A stretch of 64,000 bases of DNA, from contig JAUMAA010000003.1 in the NCBI GenBank assembly GCA_032117075.1, forward strand, positions 41,574 to 105,573. The letters run 5' to 3'. Positions 26,245-37,259 of the stretch are shown here, in pieces (position 1 is the first letter of the stretch; each line of letters opens with the position of its first letter). This DNA is from Patescibacteria group bacterium. GTDB lineage: Bacteria; Patescibacteriota; WWE3; UBA101185; UBA10185. A program made the translations under genes and the position numbers. The notes beneath the pieces were generated by a model. The model did not search any database and was not told the origin of the DNA. It worked only from the letters and a program-made list of their open reading frames with translations.

Positions 26245-27225
26245 ATGAATATTTCAAACCAAATTGAACAAATTTTAAACACATTTGCCGAAGACTACAT
26301 CAACTTAAATAAAGATGTACTTTATCTTAAATACTTTTCTAAGAGTAATGGGTTAGTTACAAATTTAATCAAACAAATACCCTCACTATCAAAAGAGGAT
26401 AAAAAAATTTACGGACAAAAAATTAATGAGTTATCAAAAGATTTAGAAAATAGAATAAGTAGCTTAAATGTTAATGAAAAAACTAACCTAGACGAAACAA
26501 TTAAAGTAACAGATATTAAAAGAGGCGGTCACTTACATCCTGTAACCGAAACAATCAGAGAAATGAATAACTTTTTTAAATTTTATGGATTTTCAGTCTA
26601 CGAGGGACCTGAAATTGAAACAGAGGAATACAATTTTAGAAAACTAAATTTACCAGAAAACCATCCTGCAACAGACTTGCAGGATTCGCTCTATATCAAA
26701 CCAGGAGTACTTCTTAGAACCCACACTTCAAGCATTGAAACTAGGGTGCTAACCAATGAACAGCCCCCAATTAGAGTTATAATGCCTGGAACAGTCTTTA
26801 GAAATGAAACACCCAGTGCAACCAATGCTAGTTTTTTTCATCAATACCAAGGTGTTGTTGTGGACAAAAACATTACTATCAAAAATCTTGTTTCTACACT
26901 TACTGAATTTCATAAGCATTTATTTGGGCCCGATGTTGTTATAAGATTTAGATATAAATATTACCCTGAGGTTTCACCAGGACTTGGAACAGATATCCGA
27001 TGCTTATTTTGTAAAGGTGAAGGATGTAAGGTTTGTAAGTACAGAGGATACATTGAGGTTTTAGGAAGCGGCATGATTCATTACAACACTCTTAAAATGT
27101 GCGGCATAGATCCTAATGAGTACACTGGATTCGCTTTTGGCATGGGGTTATCAAGATTAGTTATGCAAAGACATAAAATAGATTCAATTAAAAAACTATA
27201 CGGAGGAGAAATAAGCTACCAATGA
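26245..27225 (+). CDS. pheS: Phenylalanine-tRNA ligase alpha subunit
   Basis: GHLHP, HPATDLQD, LLRTHTS, GFAFGMG. Confidence 0.97.
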   Translation: MNISNQIEQILNTFAEDYINLNKDVLYLKYFSKSNGLVTNLIKQIPSLSKEDKKIYGQKINELSKDLENRISSLNVNEKTNLDETIKVTDIKRGGHLHPVTETIREMNNFFKFYGFSVYEGPEIETEEYNFRKLNLPENHPATDLQDSLYIKPGVLLRTHTSSIETRVLTNEQPPIRVIMPGTVFRNETPSATNASFFHQYQGVVVDKNITIKNLVSTLTEFHKHLFGPDVVIRFRYKYYPEVSPGLGTDIRCLFCKGEGCKVCKYRGYIEVLGSGMIHYNTLKMCGIDPNEYTGFAFGMGLSRLVMQRHKIDSIKKLYGGEISYQ

Positions 27226-29093
27226 TTGTTCCAATAAAGTGGATTAAAGATTATCTAACTACACATAAATCACCAAAAGAAATTGCTAAATCTTTTACTG
27301 AGATAGGCCTAATGCTTGATAGACCTATTCTAGGGGAAGTCTTGGACTTAGAACATAGAATGGATAGAGCAGATTGGTTATCTATTTTAGGCTGTGCCAG
27401 AGATTTTGCTGCATTTGAAAATATTAAATTTGAAGAACCTGAACTTATATCAACTAATCTTGAAAAGAAAAATGAAATTGAAATACAAGTTAAATCAGAT
27501 AAAGTTAATAAATTCAGAACTAGAATCATTAGAAATATAAAAGTAGGTGAGAGTCCAAAATTCATACAAGAAAGATTAATTGATTACGGATTACCAGTTA
27601 TTAACAATATTGTAGATATAACTAATTTTGTAATGGTGGAATACGGCCAACCACTTCATGCACAAGACATTGAAAAATTCCAAACCAAAGAAATTGTATT
27701 AAGAGATTCGGAAGAAGGGGAGTCAATTCAGACCTTAGACTGTACAACTACTAAACTAATAGAAGGAACTTTAGTACTTTCTGAAACCAAAAGACCAATT
27801 TGTATTGGAGGAATTGTAGGTGGTCTAAGAACAGGAGTAACAGAAGATACCAAAAACATTGTATTGGATGGAGGTAACTACGATCAGGCAAGTATCAGAA
27901 AAGCATCAAGAGAATTAAATATCAGAAATGAAACTGTTTCTAGATCTGAAAAATTTCTTTCACCAGAATTAGTGGATTTAGCAATTATCAGAGCAACAGA
28001 TTTAATCCTGGAATATGCTGGAGGGGAGGCATTTGAAAATGATGATTATGAAAATTACCACCCAACTTCTAGAAAAATGATTTTAACAAAAGAAAGATTA
28101 GAAAAAATTTCAGGAGAAGATTTTTATTTTGAAAAAGCAGCAGAAATTTTCGATAGATTAAACTATGAAATAATTTCAAAAGATGAAGATAAAATTCATG
28201 TTAAAACACCTTATTTTAGAACTGACATAGAAGTAGAGGATGACTTAATTTCAGATGTTCTAAGAATTTATGGTTACTCAAAAATTACAGCAGAGCCAAT
28301 TAATAATTTTCCTCCTAAAAATATAACTCCTTCAATCTTAAAAGTGCAGGATGAAATTACAGATTATTTAGTTTCAATTGGATTAGATGAGCATATTACT
28401 GACCCATTCTTAAGATATGATGGAAATACAAATAGAGTGCTACTTTTTAATTCAGTCAACTCTGATAAAGATTCATTAAGGATTTCCATAAAAGAATCTT
28501 TAAAAAATGCCTTAGAATTTTCTCAAAAAATAGGGAAAGAAAATATACAAATTTTTGAAATAGGAAATGTTTATTTCAAAAGAAATGAAAATCTTGAAGA
28601 AGAAAGAAGGTTAGGTATTTTATTAAATTACGGAAATGCTAATTCAAATAGTTATGAAATAAGAAGGGTTTTAAATAGTTTACTCTCTTTCTTAAATATT
28701 GATTATTCATTAATTCATTCTAAAAACGGAATTAGTATCATAAAAAAAGAAATGGAATTAGGATTTTTTGCAGAGAATTATGCAGAATTTTATCTTGATA
28801 AAATTCTGCAATTATCGACTTTTAAAACTCAAATTATATCCGATTTTGAAAACTTATCAAAAGAAGATTTAACCTTTACTGCACATATAGATGCCACAAA
28901 TGGGGAGGTAATTGAATATATGAGATCTTTAAACCCACTTGTAACTAAGATTGACTTTATTGATGAGTATCAAAATGAAAATCAAAGAAAAGTTACAGTG
29001 AGATTTTTCACCAGTTACCCAGCTGAAATGAAAAAAATTAGAGAAGAATTAATTAACAATACCTCCAAAAAATTTGGTGTAACTTTTTATTAA
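27222..29093 (+). CDS. pheT: Phenylalanine-tRNA ligase beta subunit, short form
   Basis: RADWLSILG, INNIVDITNFVM.EYGQPLHA, RTDIEVEDDL; OB (B2) domain apparently absent. Confidence 0.93.
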   Translation: MIVPIKWIKDYLTTHKSPKEIAKSFTEIGLMLDRPILGEVLDLEHRMDRADWLSILGCARDFAAFENIKFEEPELISTNLEKKNEIEIQVKSDKVNKFRTRIIRNIKVGESPKFIQERLIDYGLPVINNIVDITNFVMVEYGQPLHAQDIEKFQTKEIVLRDSEEGESIQTLDCTTTKLIEGTLVLSETKRPICIGGIVGGLRTGVTEDTKNIVLDGGNYDQASIRKASRELNIRNETVSRSEKFLSPELVDLAIIRATDLILEYAGGEAFENDDYENYHPTSRKMILTKERLEKISGEDFYFEKAAEIFDRLNYEIISKDEDKIHVKTPYFRTDIEVEDDLISDVLRIYGYSKITAEPINNFPPKNITPSILKVQDEITDYLVSIGLDEHITDPFLRYDGNTNRVLLFNSVNSDKDSLRISIKESLKNALEFSQKIGKENIQIFEIGNVYFKRNENLEEERRLGILLNYGNANSNSYEIRRVLNSLLSFLNIDYSLIHSKNGISIIKKEMELGFFAENYAEFYLDKILQLSTFKTQIISDFENLSKEDLTFTAHIDATNGEVIEYMRSLNPLVTKIDFIDEYQNENQRKVTVRFFTSYPAEMKKIREELINNTSKKFGVTFY

Positions 29094-29127
29094 TATTTTT
29101 TTGGAACTTTTCAAAAATTAAAAATTA

Positions 29128-31785
29128 TTACTCTGGTTTAATTGTGTTTACAACATTAAGTATAATCTCGTCCGAGCTTTCGTTTCCATCTCTATCAGTA
29201 ACTTTTGCTTTAAACTTATGATTTCCTAGATTTCCTTCATTAAGTTTAAATGTAAATCCAAATGGATAAGACGAGTCCTCACCAACCTGGACATCATCAA
29301 AATAAAATTTAACATTTCTTATTTTCTCAGAAGCAGATATTTCGGTAGAAATTCTAAATTTTAAAGGAACATTGGTATTTGGTGCAGGAGCTACAATTTT
29401 AATATAAGGTTCAATATCATCTAACTCATCTCCATCGTATTTAAGTCTAGAAGTAATTGTTGGAGGGAAGTAGGTGTCATCTTTAGAAAAATTTTCTTGT
29501 AACCAAGCATCTGTGTAAATCTGCCAATCTGGATAGTAATCTTTAATTCCAATAAATGTCTTTGTTTCTGTCTCATCAGCATTTTTACAATCATCATTGG
29601 CAATTCGTCCGTCAACTTCACAAATCTCAATAGTTTGGTACCAATCACTTATTGATAGAGGTTCTGTTCCTTTCACAAACCACTCTGATCTCTTAGGAAA
29701 ATCTTTGTACGGAAGCATGCCTGTTCTTTCATCAATTTCAACTTTTTTAACTGTTTCAGGAGCTACAAATTTTTCTACTGAGTCCCCTGTAGTAGGTTTA
29801 CCTTTTAATAAAGATTTCATGGTTTCAGCCCAAATTGGAGTCGCACCAGATACACCAGAGGCAATAGATTCATTCAGCGGTTCATTGTTTGAGTTTCCTA
29901 CCCAAACTCCAACTGTGTATGAAGGAGAATATCCAACGGCATAGTTATCTCTTTTATTATTTGTTGTACCTGTTTTAACGGCTACTTGATGATTTGGAAT
30001 TTTTAATAAAGAATTAGTACCGAATACAGCACTTCTAGCAAAATCATCAGATAGCATTTCTGAGATCAAAAAGGCAGTTTCTTCTGATACAGCTTTCTCA
30101 CCCGACTGATTAGGAGTATAAATTACCTCTCCTTTTCTATTTTTAATTTCTAAGATGCTTACTGGTTTGTTATAAGTACCCTTATTACCAAACACTGTAT
30201 AAGAAGATGTTAATTCTAGTAGCTGTGTTTCCCCACCTCCTAAAGTAATTGATAAACCATATTTCGATTTATCACCAAAAGAATTAATTCCCATTTTTTT
30301 TGATAAATCTAAAAAGTTTTGTAAACCTAAAATTTTTAATGCTTTTACAGCGGGAATGTTTAAAGAGTTTGCTAATGATTTTCTCATTGAAACAGGTCCT
30401 TTGTAGGTACCGTCATAATTAACAGGAACATAAGCACCCTCCTCACCAACACCTTCTCCAGTAAAAGTAGTAGGAACATCTAAAAATGAGAAGGCTGGTG
30501 TAAATCCTCGTTCAAGAAGACCTGCATATGTAACAGGCTTAATAGCAGAACCAGGCTGTCTATTGGCTACAGCTACATTAAAAAAAGGGTCAAATTTACA
30601 TCCTTTTGATCCTGCAGTTGCAGATTCACAACCTTGTGGTTCGGGCTTTCCAAAGTAGTTTTTAGAACCAATCAAAGAAAGAATCTCACCAGTTTTAGTA
30701 TCCATAACAACCATTGCAGCATTGCCGACACCGAATTTTGCTTCTGTTTCTAAAACTTTAGTCATAATTTTTTCTGATTCTTCTTGCTTATCGATATCTA
30801 AGGAAGTTCTTACTTCTAGACCTCCAGACTCAACAACATCCTCACCAAACATCTTAATCAATTCATCTTTAACATAAAACACAAAGTGTGGGGCTTTAAA
30901 AATAGCAGCAGATGGCTTAAAATCTAATTTTTCATTGATTGCCTGATTGTATTCATCCTCAGAAATATATTGCCTATTTCCATCTTTATCAGCCCAACCT
31001 TTTGTCCTCATTAAACTTAAAACGAAGTTTCTTCTCTCAACCCCAGCTTCTTTGTTCGAGGAATAAGGGGAGTAATACGAGGGTCTTTGAGGAAGTCCGG
31101 CAAGATAAGCTGATTCGGAAAGTGTAAGATCTTTTGGCTCTTTAGCAAAGTATGCTTTTGCTGCTGCATAAATTCCATAGTTTTGACCGCCATAAGGTGT
31201 TTCATTAAAATACATCTGTAAGATTTCGTCTTTAGAATATTTAGACTCAATTTGAAGAGATAAAATTAATTCTTTAATCTTTCTATCAATTGTTCTATCT
31301 TGTGTTAGAAGTGCATTTTTTACAACCTGTTGAGTAAGTGTGGATCCACCTTGTAATCCCTCTCCTGTTGCGGTGTTTCTAACAGCCCTAGCCATACCTC
31401 TGATAGAAAATCCGCTATGTATAAAAAACTCTGCATCTTCTGCGGAAAGGGTTGCATGTAACACATTTGGGGAAACATCTTCAAGTTTAATTAAAACTCT
31501 ATTCTTATCCCCATATAATTCAAAAATAGGTTTCCCATTTCGGTCTAAAATCTTACTTCCACTTTCATTTCCTTTTGAACTTAGTCTATTAGGATCTGGA
31601 AGGTCCTTAGAGTAAAGTATAAAAACAATATAAATCAAAATAAGTACTAAGGCCAAAGAAGAACTTAAAAAATTAAACAATAAAGATAGCCTTTCGTACC
31701 TTATATCGGAGTCAGAAAGTTTAGGTTTTGACTTAAAGTTCTTACTAAAATTGCTGTATTTTGAATTTTTAAACCCACTTTTCAT
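29128..31785 (-). CDS. Class A penicillin-binding protein with C-terminal Ig-like domain
   Basis: AEDAEF..H, QGGSTLTQQ, RKIKE, QPGSAIKP, SLN, KTGT. Confidence 0.95.
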   Translation of the reverse strand: MKSGFKNSKYSNFSKNFKSKPKLSDSDIRYERLSLLFNFLSSSLALVLILIYIVFILYSKDLPDPNRLSSKGNESGSKILDRNGKPIFELYGDKNRVLIKLEDVSPNVLHATLSAEDAEFFIHSGFSIRGMARAVRNTATGEGLQGGSTLTQQVVKNALLTQDRTIDRKIKELILSLQIESKYSKDEILQMYFNETPYGGQNYGIYAAAKAYFAKEPKDLTLSESAYLAGLPQRPSYYSPYSSNKEAGVERRNFVLSLMRTKGWADKDGNRQYISEDEYNQAINEKLDFKPSAAIFKAPHFVFYVKDELIKMFGEDVVESGGLEVRTSLDIDKQEESEKIMTKVLETEAKFGVGNAAMVVMDTKTGEILSLIGSKNYFGKPEPQGCESATAGSKGCKFDPFFNVAVANRQPGSAIKPVTYAGLLERGFTPAFSFLDVPTTFTGEGVGEEGAYVPVNYDGTYKGPVSMRKSLANSLNIPAVKALKILGLQNFLDLSKKMGINSFGDKSKYGLSITLGGGETQLLELTSSYTVFGNKGTYNKPVSILEIKNRKGEVIYTPNQSGEKAVSEETAFLISEMLSDDFARSAVFGTNSLLKIPNHQVAVKTGTTNNKRDNYAVGYSPSYTVGVWVGNSNNEPLNESIASGVSGATPIWAETMKSLLKGKPTTGDSVEKFVAPETVKKVEIDERTGMLPYKDFPKRSEWFVKGTEPLSISDWYQTIEICEVDGRIANDDCKNADETETKTFIGIKDYYPDWQIYTDAWLQENFSKDDTYFPPTITSRLKYDGDELDDIEPYIKIVAPAPNTNVPLKFRISTEISASEKIRNVKFYFDDVQVGEDSSYPFGFTFKLNEGNLGNHKFKAKVTDRDGNESSDEIILNVVNTIKPE

Positions 31786-31822
31786 ACTCTAAGTATAACA
31801 ATTTAATGTTAAAATACGAAAT

Positions 31823-33016
31823 ATGGAACAAGAAAAAATTCATGAACTTTTATTTAGAAATATCGATGAAATATTACCTTCCAAAGAATTTCTTCTTTCA
31901 AAAGTAGAGAAGGGCGAAAAGATTAAAATTTACCACGGAATAGACCCTACCTCAGAAACATTACATATAGGACATTTGGCAGCTTTAAAGAAAATGAAAC
32001 ATTTTCAAGAACTAGGATGGGAAGTTATTATTTTAATGGGCGGGATGACAGCAACAATTGGGGACCCGAGTGGAAAATCAAAAGTAAGAAATAAACTTAC
32101 AGTTTCAGATGTAAATAAAAATATTGAAAAAATTAAGAAACAAATTGAAAAAGTAATCTCATTTGATGGAGCAAACAAAGCATCTCTTCTTAACAACTAT
32201 GATTGGCTATCAAAATTAAATTTTGAAGAGATAGTTGAATTATCATCAAATATTACTCATGAACAAATGATTGAGAGAGACATGTTTCAAGAAAGAATGA
32301 AAAATCACGAACCAATATACATGCATGAATTTATGTACCCACTCATGCAGGGATTTGATTCAGTAGAAATGGATGTCGATGCGGAATTAGGAGGAAGTGA
32401 CCAACTTTTCAATATGATGATGGGAAGAACTTTACTTAAAAAAATTAAGGGTAAAGAAAAATTTGTAATTACAATTCCACTATTAACAGATTCGAATGGG
32501 AAAAAAATTGGAAAATCAGAAGGAAATATAATTCCTTTTGCAAACGGTAATCCTTACGAAACATTTGCTGGAATTATGACCTTAGGAGATAGTGTAATAA
32601 TCAAATGTTTTGTAGCACTTACCGATGTATCTTTGGAAGAAGTTTCAATCATGGAGATTGACATGCAAAAAAATGGAGCCAATCCTATGGTCTATAAAAA
32701 GCTTTTAGCCTTCACCTTAGTTAAGGAAATTTACAACGAAGAAGAAGCTAAAAAATGCCACGAAGAATTTGAAAAAACAGTACAAAATAAAGAATTTTCC
32801 GAGAACCAATCTGTAGAAATTGAAGTACAGGAGGAAGAAAAAGTATTAGATTTTTTAAAAAGAAATTTAACAGGATTCTCCAACTCTGAAATTAAACAAG
32901 TAATTGAACAAAACGGTCTTTTAATAAATAATGAAAAAGTATCCGATTTAAACTTTTTAATTAAAAAAGGAGACGAAATTAAATTTGGGAAGAAAAACTT
33001 TTTTAGATTAAAATAA
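31823..33016 (+). CDS. tyrS: Tyrosine-tRNA ligase
   Basis: GIDPT..LHIGH, YPLMQGFD, GGSDQ.FN, KIGKS, C-terminal S4-like domain. Confidence 0.97.
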   Translation: MEQEKIHELLFRNIDEILPSKEFLLSKVEKGEKIKIYHGIDPTSETLHIGHLAALKKMKHFQELGWEVIILMGGMTATIGDPSGKSKVRNKLTVSDVNKNIEKIKKQIEKVISFDGANKASLLNNYDWLSKLNFEEIVELSSNITHEQMIERDMFQERMKNHEPIYMHEFMYPLMQGFDSVEMDVDAELGGSDQLFNMMMGRTLLKKIKGKEKFVITIPLLTDSNGKKIGKSEGNIIPFANGNPYETFAGIMTLGDSVIIKCFVALTDVSLEEVSIMEIDMQKNGANPMVYKKLLAFTLVKEIYNEEEAKKCHEEFEKTVQNKEFSENQSVEIEVQEEEKVLDFLKRNLTGFSNSEIKQVIEQNGLLINNEKVSDLNFLIKKGDEIKFGKKNFFRLK

Positions 33017-33019
33017 ATT

Positions 33020-33136
33020 ATGGATTTTTTGAAAAAATTTAAAAATAAAGAATATAGAAAAAAAGTTTTTATTGTAATCCTTGCAATCCTTTTCTTGGCT
33101 GGAACTTTTTTACCAACTTTGGTTTTTCTCCTTTAA
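33020..33136 (+). CDS. Small membrane peptide not in the ORF track (38 aa): MDFLKKFKNKEYRKKVFIVILAILFLAGTFLPTLVFLL
   Basis: Fills the tyrS-recG gap; basic N-terminus plus one TM. Confidence 0.6.
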   Translation: MDFLKKFKNKEYRKKVFIVILAILFLAGTFLPTLVFLL

Positions 33137-33153
33137 GGTAAAGCTAAACTATT

Positions 33154-35175
33154 ATGTTAAAACTAAATAGCCATATCTCTAAAATTTCAGGAATTGGCCC
33201 TAGTTACGAAAAATTATTTCAAAATATTGGAATTAACACTGTAGGCGAGTTACTTTTGCATCTCCCATTTAGATTAGAAAAATTTTCTACTCATAAAAAA
33301 ATCGAGGATTTAATACCTGGGGAGCAAGCTATTTTTGAAGCAGAGCTTTTTTCCATAGACAATATTAGAACTAGAACTGGAAAAAGATTGACCAAAGGTG
33401 TAGCAAAAGATGAAACAGGAAAAATTGATTTGACTTGGTTTAATCAGCAGTACCTTACCAAAAGTTTAAAGTTCGGAAAAAAGTATAAATTTATTGGTAA
33501 GGTTGATATTTTTGGAAAAAAACTTTCTCTCGTCGCACCGAAAGTAGAAGAAATTAAAAATGAAGAAAATTTTGAACTAGTAAACCAAGGAGAAATTATC
33601 CCTGTGTATCCTGAAACTAAAGGCCTCTCATCAAAATTTATATCATCAAAAATGAAAATTGCTTTAGAAGAATTGGTGGATGAAGATTTTCTTCCCCAGG
33701 AAATAATTGAGAAGTATGGATTTTTGAAATTAAAGGATAATTTTTCAAAAATCCACTTCCCAGACACTGTAGAAGAAAATCCAAAACTCTTAGAAAAACT
33801 ACAGTTTGAAGAACTTTTTTTACAGATGATTAAAATTGAAAAAAGAAGAGAAGAGTGGGGAGAGAAATTAAATTCATTCATAGTTAAGAACTTCTATGAA
33901 AAAACTCAAGAATTGGAAAAGTCACTTCCTTTCCCGCTCACTGAATCTCAGAAAAAAGCTATCCATGAAATTTCTGAAGATTTAATTTCTCAAAAACCTA
34001 TGAATAGGTTGCTTGAGGGAGATGTGGGAACTGGAAAGACTTTAGTTGCTGTCTTTGCATCTTATTTAGTAGCTGAAAATGGGTATCAGACTCTTTACTT
34101 AGCCCCGACTGAAATTTTAGCTAAACAACATTATGAAACTTTTAAAAAGTATCTTGAACCGATGGGAATCAGAATTGTACTCAAAACAGGGGGAAGTAAA
34201 ACTAATTTGGAAAATTTGGACTTTGATATCTGTATTGGAACACATGCGATTTTGTTTGATTTTGAACATTTAAACAAAATCGCACTAGTAATAGTAGACG
34301 AACAACACAGATTTGGTGTAGAGCAGAGATCAAAAATTTTGAATATTTATAATCATCAAGTTACACCAAATCTTTTAACGATGACAGCAACGCCAATTCC
34401 AAGAACTCTAGCTCTTACAATCTACGGAGATTTAGATATTTCTATACTAGGTGCACCTCCAAATAAGGATAAAAAAATTACAACTTATGTGGTGCAACCA
34501 AATAAAAGAGATGAGATGTATCAATGGATTATAGAAAAAAATGAGCCTGCTTTTATTGTCTGTCCATTTATTAATGAATCTGAAAATGAAGATTTTGCTC
34601 AAGTAAAATCAGCAATAAAGGAGCATGAAAACCTCTCAAAAGGTATATTTAAAAATAAAAAGGTCGGACTGCTTCATGGAAAATTAAAACCCGCTGAAAA
34701 AGAGGGGATTCTAACATCCTTTAGGTCTGGTGAATTTGACATCTTAGTATCAACACCAGTTATCGAAGTCGGAGTTGATATTCCAGATGCCAACATCATT
34801 GTAATTGAATCTGCAGAAAGATATGGATTGGCATCACTCCATCAATTAAGAGGCAGGGTCGGTAGAGGACAAAAAGAAGGGTTTTGCATTGTAATACCCT
34901 CCACCTTTTCTAAACCTTCATATGAAAGATTAAAAAATTTAGAAAAAACAAATAATGGATTAAAATTAGCAGAACTTGATTTGAAAAATAGAGGAGAAGG
35001 GGATATTCTAGGAAAATCTCAATCAGGAGTTAAGACACTTAGATTTGTGGATTTAAGTAACCTTGAATTAATTGAAAAAGTAAAATCAGATGCAAAAAAG
35101 TATTCCAAGCTTTTAAATGAAAATCCTAAGTTGAAAGCTGTTCTTGACGAAGTTCAGATAACTTGGAACAATTAA
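33154..35175 (+). CDS. recG: ATP-dependent DNA helicase RecG
   Basis: GDVGTGKT, DEQHRFG, MTATPIPRTL, LHQLRGRVGR. Confidence 0.97.
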   Translation: MLKLNSHISKISGIGPSYEKLFQNIGINTVGELLLHLPFRLEKFSTHKKIEDLIPGEQAIFEAELFSIDNIRTRTGKRLTKGVAKDETGKIDLTWFNQQYLTKSLKFGKKYKFIGKVDIFGKKLSLVAPKVEEIKNEENFELVNQGEIIPVYPETKGLSSKFISSKMKIALEELVDEDFLPQEIIEKYGFLKLKDNFSKIHFPDTVEENPKLLEKLQFEELFLQMIKIEKRREEWGEKLNSFIVKNFYEKTQELEKSLPFPLTESQKKAIHEISEDLISQKPMNRLLEGDVGTGKTLVAVFASYLVAENGYQTLYLAPTEILAKQHYETFKKYLEPMGIRIVLKTGGSKTNLENLDFDICIGTHAILFDFEHLNKIALVIVDEQHRFGVEQRSKILNIYNHQVTPNLLTMTATPIPRTLALTIYGDLDISILGAPPNKDKKITTYVVQPNKRDEMYQWIIEKNEPAFIVCPFINESENEDFAQVKSAIKEHENLSKGIFKNKKVGLLHGKLKPAEKEGILTSFRSGEFDILVSTPVIEVGVDIPDANIIVIESAERYGLASLHQLRGRVGRGQKEGFCIVIPSTFSKPSYERLKNLEKTNNGLKLAELDLKNRGEGDILGKSQSGVKTLRFVDLSNLELIEKVKSDAKKYSKLLNENPKLKAVLDEVQITWNN

Positions 35176-35200
35176 GAATAGAAAATTAAACACATACCTC

Positions 35201-36067
35201 ATGAAAAGATTATCAGAACATTTAGAAAATATTAAAAAGACAGACGATTCAGAACTTTATCAAAAATCAGTAATTGCAATAAATAGCATAAGAGGAGAAC
35301 ACTCTGAGGATATAAATATAATAAACGAGATTAATGCCGAATATTCAAAGGAAGAAATAGAGCTAGCATTTAATCCTTCTATTCTTTCTGTAAATGAACA
35401 ATCAAATCTTTCGGAGGAATCAAAAGTTAGAATGGTTAAAATTTTAGCTTCTTACTACGATATTGATTTACCTAAAAAAATCTCACCTATGGACTTAAAA
35501 GACAAATACGAAGTAGTAACATCTGCATACAGAATTGACAGAAATACCAAGGAAAGTTCCTCAGCTGTTGCCCTATCCAATTCCGATGATGAAGAAAACG
35601 ATTACTCACTTCTTGAAAACCTCATAGGTGAGCAAAAATCAAAATTCTTTGATGAAAATGTTGAATTAACTGCTCAAGCTATAGGATTTAACTACCACGA
35701 ACTTCTTATTCTTTGCAAAAGTAAAGCAAAAAACGAAGCACAAATGGAAAAATGTGATGATTTTTTTGAAAAATTATTTAATAACTTACTTACCTTCATC
35801 AAATTTGAATTTTCAAAAATGAATGAAAATTTACAATGGTACTACCATATGAGTTATGAGAAAGCTTTACCAATTAAACATGCGATGACTTACTTCTCAA
35901 GTCTAGATTTATTTGACGAAATTCTTCTGGAATTAAATCCCGTAGAATATAAAAAAATTCTAATAGCCCTTGAAGATATTAGAAAAATGGATGATGAGCT
36001 TAGCAATTACCCTAGCTGGTATGCCCACTATCAAAAGGTCCAGAGGGACAGCAAGATGATAGAATAA
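35201..36067 (+). CDS. Hypothetical acidic helical protein
   Basis: 288-aa ORF co-oriented between recG and rsmD. Confidence 0.7.
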   Translation: MKRLSEHLENIKKTDDSELYQKSVIAINSIRGEHSEDINIINEINAEYSKEEIELAFNPSILSVNEQSNLSEESKVRMVKILASYYDIDLPKKISPMDLKDKYEVVTSAYRIDRNTKESSSAVALSNSDDEENDYSLLENLIGEQKSKFFDENVELTAQAIGFNYHELLILCKSKAKNEAQMEKCDDFFEKLFNNLLTFIKFEFSKMNENLQWYYHMSYEKALPIKHAMTYFSSLDLFDEILLELNPVEYKKILIALEDIRKMDDELSNYPSWYAHYQKVQRDSKMIE

Positions 36068-36071
36068 GGGC

Positions 36072-36632
36072 ATGATATTTAACTCACCTAGAATAAGTTC
36101 CGGAGAACTAAGAAATAGAAAACTAAAATTACCTAAGTTTAACGAATTAAGAGTAGTCAGAGATTTAGTAAGACAAGCTATCTTTATGATTATTGGAGAA
36201 AAAATTATAGATTCCAGAGTTATGGACCTATTTGCTGGAAGCGGGATTTTAGGTTTTGAAAGCATAAGTAGAGGAGCTAAATTTGTCGATTTCGTAGATG
36301 AAAACTACTCATGTTCCCAAACAATACTAGAAAATGCAAAAAATATGGGTGTTTCTGAAAAAGTAGCCAGTCATCAAATAAAAGCAATAGGATTTGTTGG
36401 AAATGCCTTCGAAAAATATGATGTGGTGTTTTTGGATCCTTTCTATGAAGATCATAAACATAAGTTCTTACTTCAATTAATTCACGATTCCCTAGAAGAA
36501 GAGGGTATTGTGGTGTTCCTTCACGGAGGTACTGATATTAAAGAACTTATTCAAAATATTCCTTTGGAGGTTTTTGACGAAAGAAAATATGCTAAAACAA
36601 TAGTAACTTTTCTTAAAAAGAGAGCAATCTAA
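36072..36632 (+). CDS. rsmD: 16S rRNA m2G966 methyltransferase
   Basis: RISSG..RNRKL, DLFAGSG..G.E..SRGA, VFLDPFY. Confidence 0.88.
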   Translation: MIFNSPRISSGELRNRKLKLPKFNELRVVRDLVRQAIFMIIGEKIIDSRVMDLFAGSGILGFESISRGAKFVDFVDENYSCSQTILENAKNMGVSEKVASHQIKAIGFVGNAFEKYDVVFLDPFYEDHKHKFLLQLIHDSLEEEGIVVFLHGGTDIKELIQNIPLEVFDERKYAKTIVTFLKKRAI

Positions 36633-36687
36633 ACTTTTTATTGACAAAACAAACCTCAAAAGGTATATTCAACCAAAGGACTAAATT

Positions 36688-36837
36688 ATGGCAGTACCAA
36701 AAAGACGACATAGTAAATCAAGAACAAAGAAAAAAAGAAATGCTCATTTCTTTACCTCAGTTGTTAACTCAATAAAATGTAAAGATTGCGGCAAATACAA
36801 ATTACCCCACAGAGTTTGTGCTAATTGTGGTAAATAA
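36688..36837 (+). CDS. rpmF: 50S ribosomal protein L32 (not in the ORF track)
   Basis: MAVPKRRHSKSR...CKDCG.YKLPHRVCANCG. Confidence 0.97.
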   Translation: MAVPKRRHSKSRTKKKRNAHFFTSVVNSIKCKDCGKYKLPHRVCANCGK

Positions 36838-36843
36838 TCTTTA

Positions 36844-37254
36844 ATGACATATAAAATCAATTTAAGACATAACTCAAGAATTGTGGCCTTGACCTCACTT
36901 TTTAGTTATATGTTTGCTGAAGAAGAGGATATTTACAATATTAGTCTTTTCAAGGATGAATTTGGGGATATTGATTATGAAGTTGAATTCTATGAAGTGC
37001 TTTACAAAGGTGTAACTCAAAATATTGAAGATATTGATAAAATAATTACTAGAAGTGCCACTGATTGGCCAATAAAAAATATTTCGAAGATTGATTTAGT
37101 AATTTTGAGAATGGGTGTTTTTGAATTAGAATTTAAGAAAGATACACCTAAAAATGTAGTAATAGACGAAGCAGTAGAATTAGCCAAAAAATTTGGTAAT
37201 GATTCGTCAAGTAAATTTATTAATGGAGTTTTAGATAATTTAGAAAGGAAATAA
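36844..37254 (+). CDS. nusB: Transcription antitermination factor NusB
   Basis: IDLVILR, VVIDEAVELAKKF...S.KFINGVLD. Confidence 0.96.
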   Translation: MTYKINLRHNSRIVALTSLFSYMFAEEEDIYNISLFKDEFGDIDYEVEFYEVLYKGVTQNIEDIDKIITRSATDWPIKNISKIDLVILRMGVFELEFKKDTPKNVVIDEAVELAKKFGNDSSSKFINGVLDNLERK

Positions 37255-37259
37255 AAATT

